The notes under the pieces are model-generated. The model searched no databases and was not told the DNA's origin. It was given only the letters and a program-made list of their open reading frames with translations. A DNA stretch of 64,000 bases from an uncultured Acidobacteriota bacterium (lineage in GTDB: Bacteria; Acidobacteriota; UBA6911): the NCBI GenBank assembly GCA_963809485.1, contig CAWEJX010000015.1, forward strand, positions 160,001 to 224,000, in the 5' to 3' direction. Position numbers and translations under genes: made by a program. Position 1 is the stretch's first letter; each line of letters opens with the position of its first letter. This document shows positions 49,975 to 60,824 of this stretch, one piece after another.

Positions 49975-51471
49975 ATGCAGACCCCGACCCGCAAATCAGC
50001 AGCCTGTGCCGGTGAAGAAGGAGCAGCCCTCATCCTGGTGACCGCTTTTCTGATCGTTTTGCTGTTGTTTACAGGTCTTGCGATCGACCTGGGCCGGGCC
50101 TATATATTGAAGGCCCAGTTGACCAAAGCTGTCGACGGAGCTGCATTGGCAGCGGCGCGGGCGCTCAGCACAACAACCACGCCGGAAAGGGACGAAGCTA
50201 TCCGAATCTTTCGGGCCAACTTCCCAAGCGGTTATATGGGCACCAGCTCTGTCACGGATCCCACGGCCGACCCTGATTTTTTTAACAAAACCTACGACCG
50301 GGAATCGGGGGCCAACATTATTACCGTCCGGGCTCAGGCCATGCTGCCGGTTACCTTTATGCGATTGGCAGGCTTTGATCAGGTCACCGTCAGCAGCATG
50401 GGTGAAGCCAGGCGCCGGCTGGTCGATCTGTCCCTGGCGATTGACTGTTCCGGCTCGATTGGAAGCGACTGGAGCACTGTTCGCGACGCAGCCAGACGGT
50501 TCATAAACTCTTTTGACTCAAGCTACGATCGTATGGCGGTAACACTTTTCAGTGATGGGGCGCATGTCAACTACGCCATGCCTTCAAGTTTGGGATTTAA
50601 CAAGTCATCCGCAATGAACGCAATTCCCACCAGCCTGCCTGGCGGCAGCACATCCATGGCAGATGGATTCTATCGCGCCTGGGATGAACTGAGATCCGTG
50701 CCATCCGGCTCACAATCAGGCTTGAGAGTCATTGTGCTCTTTACGGACGGCACTCCAAACGGCGCTCCCGGAAATTATCAGTTCAGCGGAGGATCCTATT
50801 ACGTCAGAGAACTGAACTCGAACGACTTTCCCTACGTTGGGAGCTCTCTTACAACCAATACTCCCTCTTTATTCGGGCTCGCGTACACGGATTGCAGCTC
50901 AGGCCCCCCTCCTCATTGTTCCTATAGTCCATCACTCGGCTCAGGCGGCTACTGGACGTCTCCTAACTGGAACAGCACCAATACCTCCCCCCAGGTGCCT
51001 TGGTTGCCGACAGGGGCAACCAGTACGCATCCCAATCATCGCAGCACGGGCATTCCAGCTTCCTTCCCATTGATGAGCTCTTCCCTCCGAGTCAATGGAG
51101 TGGTTCAAAGCACCGCACGGGATTTGAGGAATCTCACGGCCGGCAAATACCCGGCGGATATCCATAATGTCAATAACGCAGCCAGAAACCTGCTGGAAAT
51201 TATCGCAAATGCAGCCCGTAGTGAGTATCCAACTGCAGGAGACTATCCGATTCGTGTCTATACCATCGGAATGGGGGACTTTGTAAACTATATGCTGGGT
51301 ACGATACCCGAAAGATCGTCCGATATCCTCAAGCGAATCTCCAACGACAAAACTTCGACGGACTACAATTCCGCCCAGGTCGCCGGCAAATATTATTTTG
51401 CAGCGACCGCAAGCGACGTCGACCCGGCGTTCCAGGCCCTTCGCAACGAAATTATTCGCCTTAGCAAATAG
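49975..51471 (+). CDS. TadG-like pseudopilin with vWA domain (copy B)
   Basis: Same N-terminus as copy A; MIDAS 'DCSGS'; divergent insert after 'FTDG'. Confidence 0.92.
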   Translation: MQTPTRKSAACAGEEGAALILVTAFLIVLLLFTGLAIDLGRAYILKAQLTKAVDGAALAAARALSTTTTPERDEAIRIFRANFPSGYMGTSSVTDPTADPDFFNKTYDRESGANIITVRAQAMLPVTFMRLAGFDQVTVSSMGEARRRLVDLSLAIDCSGSIGSDWSTVRDAARRFINSFDSSYDRMAVTLFSDGAHVNYAMPSSLGFNKSSAMNAIPTSLPGGSTSMADGFYRAWDELRSVPSGSQSGLRVIVLFTDGTPNGAPGNYQFSGGSYYVRELNSNDFPYVGSSLTTNTPSLFGLAYTDCSSGPPPHCSYSPSLGSGGYWTSPNWNSTNTSPQVPWLPTGATSTHPNHRSTGIPASFPLMSSSLRVNGVVQSTARDLRNLTAGKYPADIHNVNNAARNLLEIIANAARSEYPTAGDYPIRVYTIGMGDFVNYMLGTIPERSSDILKRISNDKTSTDYNSAQVAGKYYFAATASDVDPAFQALRNEIIRLSK

Positions 51472-51603
51472 CCCGACGCTTTGTTCAGCCGCCTGGGTCA
51501 GGCGATGCATTAGGGCATCGATGCAATTTGCAGTACTCCATCCAGAGCTTTGTGTGTTGGACCGCCAGATCTCTCGGCATTTGGCTGCAAAGGATGACAA
51601 CCA

Positions 51604-51860
51604 CTACCGGCTAAAGCCGGTGGCCACTAGTTGCGACTTAAAGTCGCCTGAAAATTAAATGCCCTCGCATTCAGCACCGAAGGTGCGTTCCATACCAGCC
51701 TGGGGCAACGCCCAAGCATTGGAGTGAAGCACGAAGGATCAAGGGCTGAAGGCCCGCTCCATAATTCATGGGCCGGGCTTTCAACCCTTCGTAGCCTGTT
51801 GTGATCAAATCCTGGGGCTTGAGACCCAGGCTTGATATCGATCGGGCCTTTCGCCCTTCT
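51604..51860. mobile_element. Cluster of REP / IS200-IS605-end-like palindromes
   Basis: ctaccggctaaagccggtgg, gcgacttaaagtcgc, gcaccgaaggtgc, gggctgaaggccc, cctggggcttgagacccagg. Confidence 0.55.
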
Positions 51861-51899
51861 GTTCAAAGCTTACAGCCTGAAAGAAAGGAAGAGACAGGA

Positions 51900-52913
51900 C
51901 GTGAGCACCGAGCACGAAGAGAATTTGTCAGGGACCTGGTTGTCGGAACCACCGGATTGGCTGTAGCAGGATTCATGGAGTTCCTGGGCGGCCGCAAAAA
52001 CAAGGTACGAGCATTGCATCCACAGATTAATTTACAGGCAAGGAAAAGGCGGGCCGGGATGCGCCGATTATATTGTCCGGATGAACGAAAAAGGACCTGA
52101 ACGGGAGGAACACGAATTTTGCTTTTGGCTACTACAGCAAATTGGGGGCTTGGGAAAATGGCAGAGCCGAAGCGCATATGCACCCCTATGATACATGCCT
52201 CGTTTTTGCGGGCCTTGAACCTGAGAGGATCCGGAATCTCTCGGGAGCGGAGATAGAGTTATCGCTCGGAAGGAAATATGAAAAGCACGTGATCGATATT
52301 CCTTCGATCGTATGCATTGCGCCAAAGACTTCCCGTACGGCCCGATCGAGACCCAAAAAGTCGAGAAGCCCTTTATACATTATTCCATCAGGGCTTGCTC
52401 GAAGATGCGCATCGACCGAATGTCCCCGTAATCCCGGCGACGCCTCATCCAGCAACGAATACGCTCATCTGATCAAGAGATGTCCGCCAACTGGAATGCC
52501 GGAGCAGACAAAAATCAGCCCGGGAAATGCCGACTGGCTCTCATGCGCCGAAGAACAAGGATCTGGAAGGATTCATAGTCAACTTCACATGGGGATTCTA
52601 CAGCGGGCTGGGCAACTGGCATAACATTCCGGGATTTGACCCGCACGTGCATGAAGGGGATGAATTTTTGGTTTATGTCGGTCTGGATGCCCGGAACCCG
52701 AACCGGCTGGGAGCAGTAGTCGAGCAGCATATGGGCAAGGAGGAGGAAACTCATGTGGTCGATGCTCCCCTTGTCATCGTCTGTCCGGCGATGTTCACTC
52801 ACGCCCCAATCATCACCAGGAAAGTGGATAGACCGTATGGATTCTTTTTGATCCGCAGAGACACAGGAGAGTACTACAGCCCCAAAGAAAAAGCGCCACC
52901 AATACCCACCTAA
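51900..52913 (+). pseudogene. Frameshifted gene for a protein with two cupin-like repeats and a possible Tat signal
   Basis: 'RREFVRDL' plus hydrophobic stretch; 'HMHPYDTCLVFAG...EKHVID.P' and 'HVHEGDEFLVYVG...ETHVVD.P...HAP' in different frames. Confidence 0.55.
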
Positions 52914-53144
52914 CCTGACCTTTTCAAGGTTTCCGGGTTAAGCGCGTATCTAAATATGCCCGTTCAGGTTCCAGTTGCAGGTTTCAAGCATTTATACTGT
53001 AACCTACAACCGGAATCCGAAACCCTCAATGGAGGGCTGCAGGGGCTGCCTGCCGGCCGCCCCTGCAAAAGCCGGAAAATCCTTTTGAAGCTTTTTACCG
53101 GACGGGTCTGGAGACCCGTCCTCACCAGGTTTTAGGGATTCGGT

Positions 53145-53990
53145 TCACAGGCCGGTGCCCCAGGAAGGCTTTCGCTCTACGCCAAGGGCGCTGTCGATCT
53201 GGCGCGGGTTGAAGCCGGTCGGGAGGTCGCCGGTGCTGGCATAGCGGTACAACACCACGGTGAAGACACCCTTTACCGCCGTGGTGATCGCCGCAAGTAT
53301 CAGCACATACCAGACCACCAGGATGATGGCCAGGGCGCGGTCGACTTTGAAAAGCAGTAGCCCCAACATAATCGCCGGTATGGTCAAGATTAAATTCAGC
53401 AGGCCGAAACCGAAATCCCCTACAATCTGTTCGCCCCAGCGCTTCCGGAACAGTTCCCCCGAACGCTGTATCGAATCATAGGTCGTCCGGTCTTCGAGTA
53501 TGATCACCGGCACGATAAGGTACGTCATAAGAGTCCACCCAACCGCAAGCCCGCCGGCCAACAGTTTGCCGGCTATCCCTTTGCTCTTTTCCCTAATGGC
53601 TCCAAGAATCATGCCGACGGTCGCCGAGACGAAAGCCCAGGCGATTATTTTATCGATGTTATCGAAGGCGATGCGAAGACCGTCGCGCACCTTCGGATCG
53701 CCCCCCGAAAGCCTCATGTTCGCGCAGCCTACCAGGGCGCTGTTGAAGAAAATGACGACGAAGAAATTCAGGAAATACCAGATGAACATTAGGGCATATA
53801 TCTCCCAGCTGATGTTCTTCGGGTCCATGCCTTCGAAAATGCCGCTTTTGAAGAGCGGGAAGAAAAAGCCGATGGCTACCAGGATCGCGGAGATGGCGCT
53901 TATGACCGGGAACAACACTATTTCCGCGTCGGCGCAGAGGATGGTGAAGCTGGCTTTGTAGAGAGACCAGGTTTTGTCTAGGGTGCCCAT
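53145..53990 (-). CDS. DUF6159-like membrane protein
   Basis: 'WSLYKASF.IL', 'FFNSALV', 'W..VSATVG', 'TYLIVPVIILE', 'RS.ELFRKRWGE', 'LYRYA'. Confidence 0.8.
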   Translation of the reverse strand: MGTLDKTWSLYKASFTILCADAEIVLFPVISAISAILVAIGFFFPLFKSGIFEGMDPKNISWEIYALMFIWYFLNFFVVIFFNSALVGCANMRLSGGDPKVRDGLRIAFDNIDKIIAWAFVSATVGMILGAIREKSKGIAGKLLAGGLAVGWTLMTYLIVPVIILEDRTTYDSIQRSGELFRKRWGEQIVGDFGFGLLNLILTIPAIMLGLLLFKVDRALAIILVVWYVLILAAITTAVKGVFTVVLYRYASTGDLPTGFNPRQIDSALGVERKPSWGTGL

Positions 53991-54013
53991 CTTGTTTTGG
54001 CCTCGGATCAGAT

Positions 54014-54055
54014 GTTGAACGTTTCACGTTGAACGTTGAACGTTGAACGCGAAAC
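54014..54055. repeat. (ACGTTGA)n heptamer tandem repeat
   Basis: gttgaacgtttcacgttgaacgttgaacgttgaacgcgaaac. Confidence 0.75.
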
Positions 54056-54624
54056 ATGGAATTCGATAAATGCAGGTGGTTGCGTTATTGATGATTTGCT
54101 CATGCATTAATCGGGATTCCGATCATAATTATATCAAGGATCTTATCGGAATAATTGGGAAACCAATGACTGGAGTTTGCGGTAACTCACTGGATGGCGG
54201 GAGTAGTGAAACTGCCTAACAACAGCGGGTCATTAGCACGGTCAATTAACCCAACCCTTTGGAAACGAGATGCCTTCGGCGTAGATAGCTGCGCAATGAA
54301 GCCGCCTACCTGAGCTTTGGGTCGCAACGCCTTCGGCGCTGAAATCTGCGCGTGGGAGATCGGATTGTTTTTAAACGACGCTTCATACTAAGCGGATATT
54401 TGGATATCCTATATGGGATATGTTTTCTGTTAAGCGTCCACAGAGGAATCGCAGCCCTTCAAAACCTGGCATCAATAAGAGTTAGGTCTTCCGTTGCCGT
54501 GCGAGGTTGACATCTAGGTGTCACTATTCGACGCGCTTTTCCCTATATCCATGGCTCCCGGCATTAAAAAGACCGGGTTAAAATCATAGTGTCTCTACGC
54601 GGCGCAATTCTGTTTCGCGACAGA

Positions 54625-54757
54625 TCTAGCAATCGACTCAGGGCACCAGCAGAGCGTATTGCCTCCATCAAGGAAGATCGGGGATTAACTTGACGTATGG
54701 AGCGTACCCGCGAAGCCAGGCAATTATCACATCAGAATCCAGCAGAATCGCCGCCAA
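54625..54757 (-). pseudogene. Truncated VapC/PIN toxin
   Basis: GGAGG RBS, then TTG-AAILLDSDVIIAWLRG (PIN N-terminal motif), followed by a frameshift/stop and loss of similarity. Confidence 0.7.
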
Positions 54758-55011
54758 TCCCAAACCTCCTCAACCGTTTCCCTTTGCGCAACTTGCGGAT
54801 GATTGAATCGATGTCTTTAACGTCCTTCCTTTTGCCCCAAATCCCGCCGATCTGTCTGGCAAGCGATCCCTTATCCACCTCCTTGCCGGACATATATCTT
54901 TCCTGAACGCTCTCTCTAACCAGATCAGAAACAGTTCTGCCTGTTTGTCGGCTTAAGGCTGAGAGCGTTCTGGCCATCTCGTCATCCAAATAAAGCTGTG
55001 TCCTTTTCATA
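54732..55011 (-). CDS. CopG/ribbon-helix-helix antitoxin
   Basis: 'MKRTQLYLD...L...GRTVSDLVRESV' and 'GIWGKRKD'; overlaps the PIN gene start. Confidence 0.8.
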
Positions 55012-55053
55012 TGATGTATATTATACATCATAAAAGTCTCAGATTGGTAGATT

Positions 55054-58000
55054 TCATTGAACCTGTTTTTTCCTCAGCCTGCGCGTAAGGTCGTCCAGTA
55101 ATGTGTACATGACCGGGACGGCGATCAGGGTCAGCAGCGTTGACGTGATCAGGCCGCCGATGACGACGCGGGCCATGGGCGCCCTTATCTCCGATCCGGC
55201 CCCTATCTCAAAGGCCAGCGGCAGCATGCCGAAAATCATCGCCATCGTCGTCATCACAATCGGCCGGAACCTCGTTCGGCCCGCCTCGATCAACGCCGCG
55301 TTTCTCTCCTTTCCCTCGTGCCGCAGCCTCTTGGTATAATCGATCAGAAGAATCGCATTCTTCACCACCAGGCCCATCAGAAGTATCAGCCCGATCATCG
55401 ACATCATGTTCAGCGTGTCGCGCGTCAGCAGCATCATGCCCGCCACCCCGATCAGCGAAAGAGGCAGCGAAAGCATGATCGCCAGCGGATGCGTGAAGCT
55501 GCCGAACTGCGAAGCCAGGATCAGGTAAATGAACACCACCGCCAGGATCAGCGCGTCGTAGATGTAGTCGAAACTCTCCGACATGTCCTCCGATTCGCCC
55601 GTGAATCGTATGCTGTATCCTGCGGGCACCGTCATGGCTTCCACCTTCTCCTTGAGCTCGTCCTCGACGTCGCCCATCGGCCGGCCGGCCGTGTTGGCAA
55701 AAATGCGCACTTCACGCGCCAAATCAAGGTGCCGTATCTGAGCCGAACTCGAGCCTCTCTGAAACCGCGCCACCTGGCCCATCGGGAATCAACATGTCCT
55801 TCCCCCCCGCATCCTTTTTCGTGCTCAGCAGGTCGATGTCCTCCAGCGTATCCACCGACTGGCGCTGACGGCTCGCCAGGCGCACCCGCACGTCATAGGC
55901 GTCGCCGTCCTCATCCTCGAACTGCGTCGCCACCTCCCCGTTCAGCAGCGCCCGCATCGCCATGGCCAGCGACTCGAGATTGATGCCCAGGTCCGACGCC
56001 AGCTTGCGGTCGATGTGCACCAGTATCTCAGGCTTGTCCCTGTCCAGGCTGCGGTCGACATCCACGATGCCCGGGACTCCCCGCACCATCTCCATCACCT
56101 GGATCGAAATGCGGTCGATCTCCGCCATGTCCGGCCCCTGCACACTGATCTGAAGCGGCCGGGCATCCCCCATGTCCGGCACGTCCTCGATGCTGACGTT
56201 GGCGCGCCCATACGACGCCAGCTCGCTCCGCAGCCGGCTGCGCATCTCGTCGTCCGACATCTGCCGCTCCGCCTTGGGCTTGAGCTTTACATAAATGGCG
56301 CCCTCATTGAGCGCCGCCGTGGAGCCCGCGCCAATGGTGGTGAAGGTGTACTTCACATCCGGCCTGGCCGAAATCAGGCGCACGATGTCGTTGGATATAG
56401 TCTCGGTCTGCTCGATCGAGCTCCCCGGATTGGTCTTGAAGCTGACCTGGAATTCGCCCCGGTCGTAGGATGGGAAGAAATCCTGCCCCAGACTGTTGAA
56501 CAGCCAAAGGCTTGCCCCGAAAAGCGCCAGGGAGAAGGCCATTACCAAAGCACGGTGGCGCAGCGCATACGCGATCGCCTTTTCATACAGGTCGCGCAGA
56601 TCCAGGAAACGGTTATCAAAAGTTTCCAGCACGCGAGCCAATCCGCGCCTTCGCATGTGGGTTTCGACGGCCGGATCATACCAGCGCGACGAAAGCATCG
56701 GGTCCAGCGTGAATGAAACAAACAGCGAAACCAGGACCGCAAAGGCTACCGTGATGCCGAATTCAAAAAAGAAGCGCCCGACGATTCCCTTCATGAAGGC
56801 GATGGGCACAAATACCGCCATGATCGAAAAAGTCGTCGCCATCACCGCCAGCCCGATCTCCGACGTGCCGAAGCGCGCCGCCTCCATGTGGCTTTTGCCG
56901 AACTGCATGTGCCGGACGATGTTCTCCCGCACCACAATCGCGTCGTCGATCAGCAGGCCGACCGAAAGCGACAGCCCCATGAGCGTCAGGATGTTCAGCG
57001 AAAAGCCCATGATCTTCATGATGATGAAGGCCGAAATGATCGATACCGGCAGCGTCAGTCCCGTGATCACCGTGCTGCGCCAGCTGTTGAGAAACAGGAA
57101 AACGATGAATACCGTGAAGAGCGCGCCCAGCACCAGCGTTACCTGAACATCCTCGACCGAGTCGCGGATGAACTCCGAGGAATCCCGGACGACATCCAGG
57201 CGCGCCTGGCCCGGCAGTTCCCGGTTCAGGACCGGCAGCTGGGCCTTGACGGCTTCTGCCACGTCGACCGTGTTGCTGCCCGACTGCTTGCGCACCTCCA
57301 GCGCCAGGCTTCTCTGCCCGTTGATCAGCGCCAGCGTGCGCTGTTCTTCGTATCCGTCCGCCACCCTCGCGACCTCGCTCAGGTAGACGGGAACGCCGCG
57401 AATTGTTTTTACGATGAGATTCTGAAACAGGTTCGGGTCGTCAACCTTCCCTTCCACGCGCACCAGTTCCTCGACGGCGCCGCTCTGGACCTTGCCGGCC
57501 GGGACCTCGATGTTTTCGCGCCGGAGAGCCATGACCACATCGGTAACCGTAAGCCCGTAGGCCTTCATGCGCTCAGGATTCAAAAAGATCTGAATTTCGC
57601 GCCGCTGCCCGCCGACGATCTTGAGCGAGCCGACACCTTCGATGTTCTCGAGGCGCTTTTTGATGACCTTCTCAGACAGCGTAGTGAGGTCCTTCGGAGA
57701 GAGCTTCGGGGAAGATACCGAAAGCGAAACGATGGGCATGTCGGCCGGATCCATGCGCTCGATGACGGGCTCCTCGACGCCGGTGGGGAAATCCCGCCGA
57801 AGGGCGCTGACTTTGCTCCGCACGTCCTGCGCGGCCGTGTGCACGTCGACTTCCGAGCTCGAACTCGGCGACCACCATCGACATGCCCTCGGTGCTGACC
57901 GAGGTAATGGTTTTGACGCCCTCGATGGGATTGATCGCCTCCTCGATGCGCTTGGTGACTTCCGTCTCCACCGTCTCCGGAGCGACGCCGGGATAGACGG

Positions 58001-58145
58001 TCTGGACCGTCACCACCGGGAAATCGATGTCCGGGAAGAGATCGATGGAAAGCTCCTTGTAGGAGAAGATCCCAAGCACCACCAGCGCGACCATCATCAT
58101 GGCCGCGAACACCGGCTGCTTGACCGACAGATCCGATAAAATCAT
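55054..58145 (-). CDS. RND efflux permease, AcrB/AcrD/AcrF family (two +1 frameshifts at ~57855 and ~55785)
   Basis: 'IDLFPDIDFP', 'GLLIDDAIVVRENI', 'GLVVKNAILL', 'TRFRPIVMT', 'APMA..VIGGL' across three frames. Confidence 0.9.
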
Positions 58146-58167
58146 GCTTTTGCTCTCTTCTTATTTT

Positions 58168-58322
58168 CGTGAGGACGGCTCTCCAGAGCGTCCGATGGGC
58201 GAATGGCTGGTTTGCGCTCAGTCGGACCGGTCTGGAGACCGGTCCTCACGAAATTAACAAAATACTCGAAAATAGCCTGCTTTGTTTTCTGCAATTCGTG
58301 TATTTCGTGTTTTTCGTGGTTG
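58168..58322. repeat. Paired REP-like palindromes plus 9-nt CACGAAAAA-type repeats
   Basis: cgtgaggacggctctccagagcgtccga ... tcggaccggtctggagaccggtcctcacg; ttcgtgtatttcgtgtttttcgtggtt. Confidence 0.75.
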
Positions 58323-58326
58323 AGCT

Positions 58327-59481
58327 TTATTTTGATGCCTGGACGGAAGTGCCCTCTTTCAGGGACGGGCCGATTTCCGTTATTACGATGTCGCCCTCGG
58401 CGAGGCCCTTCCGGACCCAAACGCGCTGCTGCTGGCTGCCGCCAATCTCGATATCCGCGCGCTGAGCCTTCCCTTCCTTCACGATAAACACGCCGGCCTG
58501 CGCAGACCCCTCTTCCTCCGGGATCAGAGCATCCCTCGGTATCACGAGCGCCCCATTCTCGCGCCCTGTGACAATCTCCCCGCGCGCGTACATCCCGCTG
58601 CGCAGCTCCCCGCCGGGATTGGAAATCCTCAGCTTGAACCGCGCCGACCTGTTGTCGGACTCAATCGCCGGATTGATCGCCGAAACCGTTCCTTCAAACC
58701 GCCGCTCCCCCCAGGTCGGCGTCGTGAACGTCGCACGCTGCCCGATGCGTATCGGCGCCAGCTGATACGAGGGAATGTCGCATTCCAGCTCCAGGCGGCT
58801 GTTGTCCACCAGCATACAGATGGAGACGCCGGGAACCAGCAGCGATCCTTTGTCGAAAAACTTTTTCTGAACGTGCCCCTGGGCCGGAGCATAAATCTTG
58901 CAGTCCTTCATCGCTTTTTCGGCAACCGCGAGAGCCGCCCTGGCCTGCACACATTGCGCTTCGGCCAGGCGGACCTGCGAATCGGCCTCCTTCACGCCCG
59001 TCGTGGCAGCGTCGTGGTCCTTTTGCGTAATTCCGCCGGTGCGCAGCAGGTTGTCCGCCCTCTCCTTTTCCGTCTTCACATGCTCGGCCGACACCTTGGC
59101 CCGGTCGAGCCCCGCTTCCGCAACCTTCAACGCCGCGTCAGCCTGGTCGTAAGCCAGGCGATAATTGACCGGATCAATCTCGGCCATGAGCTGGTCCTTA
59201 CGTACCAGGTCGCCTTCCTCGAAATAGACCGCGATCAGCCGGCCGCCCACTTCCGGCTTCACATCGACCGTCGACAGCGTGCGCAGGCTCCCGGATATCG
59301 TTACCGTCGCGATCCATTCCTGGCGCTCCACGGGCACGGTTTTGACCACAAGAACCGCGGCAGCACCACCGGCCGACGAACCGGCCTCCTCGGCCTTGTT
59401 GCTTGCGCCGCAGCGCCACTGGCTGCCTGCAACCAACACAAGCGCCAGGGGCAGGAGAATTTTGAGGAATTTGCCGTTCAC
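58327..59481 (-). CDS. RND periplasmic adaptor (MFP)
   Basis: 'V.PEVGGR...EEGDLV.K', helical hairpin, 'IYAPAQG', 'LRSGMYARG', 'GLAEGD'. Confidence 0.92.
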   Translation of the reverse strand: MNGKFLKILLPLALVLVAGSQWRCGASNKAEEAGSSAGGAAAVLVVKTVPVERQEWIATVTISGSLRTLSTVDVKPEVGGRLIAVYFEEGDLVRKDQLMAEIDPVNYRLAYDQADAALKVAEAGLDRAKVSAEHVKTEKERADNLLRTGGITQKDHDAATTGVKEADSQVRLAEAQCVQARAALAVAEKAMKDCKIYAPAQGHVQKKFFDKGSLLVPGVSICMLVDNSRLELECDIPSYQLAPIRIGQRATFTTPTWGERRFEGTVSAINPAIESDNRSARFKLRISNPGGELRSGMYARGEIVTGRENGALVIPRDALIPEEEGSAQAGVFIVKEGKAQRADIEIGGSQQQRVWVRKGLAEGDIVITEIGPSLKEGTSVQASK

Positions 59482-60824
59482 TAATTCACCTCCCTGTCCA
59501 GGATCGGACTGCCCGACGCCAGGCGCAAACGGGCTTTCGCTATCTCATAATCATAGGTAGCGCTGACCTGCGAGCTCCTCGCTATTGTCAGCGCCGTCTG
59601 CGAATCGGTCACGTCCAGGGTCGTCGCGGCGCCGTACTGGTAATTCGCCTGCATCATTTCGAGCACCTTCTCGGCCTGGGTCACGCTCAGTTTCGCGGCC
59701 GCAATCGCTTTGGCCGCGGATTGCATGTCGTCGTAAGCCTGCTTGACGTCCAGCCGGACGTTCATTTCCAGCAGCTTCAATCTCTGCTGCGCAGCCCGCA
59801 ATCGCGCCGCCGCCTGGGCCACTTGCCCCTTTTTCCGGCCACTGTCTATGAACGGAAGCTTAAAGTTAAACGTTAAGTTCCAGCGGGAATAATCGCTGTC
59901 AAAAAAGTTTTTCGGTTCCCGCACGTTATACCCATAGAACGCGTCCAGGTCCACGCTCAGCTTTTTCTCGGCGTTGGCCAGCGACAGCATCAGACGCGCC
60001 TGGCTCACCAGCATGCGGGCCGCCTGAATTTCCGCCCGCTGATCCAGCGTTCTTTTCTGAATCTCTTCCAGGCTGTCCATCGGCGAGGGCCTATACTCCA
60101 GTGTGCCGACGATCTCGGTGGGGGCTTCCAGATCCTCGACGATCAGGTTGTTGAGCGCCGCCCGAGCCAGGCGTATGCGGTTTTCGGCACGGATCAGTAC
60201 AGGTTCCAGGTTCGCCACATCCACTTCCGATCTCAGGACGTCGATCTGTGTGGCTACCCCGCTGTCGAAGCGGGCGCGCGCCTGTTCCAGGTGTTTGACG
60301 CGCTGCTGCTGATTTTCGAGCACAACTTCCTTGTTGGCTTGCGCCAAAAGGATGTCGTTGAAGGCCTGGAGGACCCGGAAAATAACCTGCTGCCGGACCT
60401 CTTCCCTGGAAGCTTCTTTCTCCGAGAGGCTTTCTTCGGCCAGCCGGATAGCGGTGCGGACCTTGCCGGCCGTATACACGGGCTGCTTGAGGTTCACACC
60501 GATTTCAAACAGGTTGCTGGGGCTCGGCACCAGGGCATTGCGGAATTCCTCCGGCACTTTGTCAAAACTCGAACTGTTGAGGATCATGGGATCGCGCGAC
60601 CTCAATCCGTAGCCCTGGAATGCAACCTGCGGGTACGCGCTCGAGCGCACTTCGGTTATTTTTCCCTTGAGCTCGTCCAGCTCGTCCTGGGAGACCAGGA
60701 TTGAGGGATTGCGCTGAAGCGCCAGACGGACGGCGTCTTCCAATGTCAAAGGCGCTTTCTGAGCCCAGCCGGCGGTGGAGCTCAGGGCAGCGGCCAAAAG
60801 TAAAATCAGGATTCGTTGCATCAT
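59481..60824 (-). CDS. TolC family outer membrane efflux protein
   Basis: Signal peptide, 'LTLEDAVRLAL..NP', 'RF.SG.ATQIDV', 'YQYGAATTLDV'. Confidence 0.92.
   Translation of the reverse strand: MMQRILILLLAAALSSTAGWAQKAPLTLEDAVRLALQRNPSILVSQDELDELKGKITEVRSSAYPQVAFQGYGLRSRDPMILNSSSFDKVPEEFRNALVPSPSNLFEIGVNLKQPVYTAGKVRTAIRLAEESLSEKEASREEVRQQVIFRVLQAFNDILLAQANKEVVLENQQQRVKHLEQARARFDSGVATQIDVLRSEVDVANLEPVLIRAENRIRLARAALNNLIVEDLEAPTEIVGTLEYRPSPMDSLEEIQKRTLDQRAEIQAARMLVSQARLMLSLANAEKKLSVDLDAFYGYNVREPKNFFDSDYSRWNLTFNFKLPFIDSGRKKGQVAQAAARLRAAQQRLKLLEMNVRLDVKQAYDDMQSAAKAIAAAKLSVTQAEKVLEMMQANYQYGAATTLDVTDSQTALTIARSSQVSATYDYEIAKARLRLASGSPILDREVN

Larger units (their letters stand above)
48101..51471 (+). 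repeat. Tandem duplication, copy B
   Basis: Near-identical to copy A through tadE, tadF and the 5' part of tadG. Confidence 0.9.

Noticed and set aside
46237-51471. Diversity-generating retroelement acting on tadG
   Set aside because: No reverse transcriptase or Avd in the window; differences include indels and all four bases rather than adenine-specific changes.
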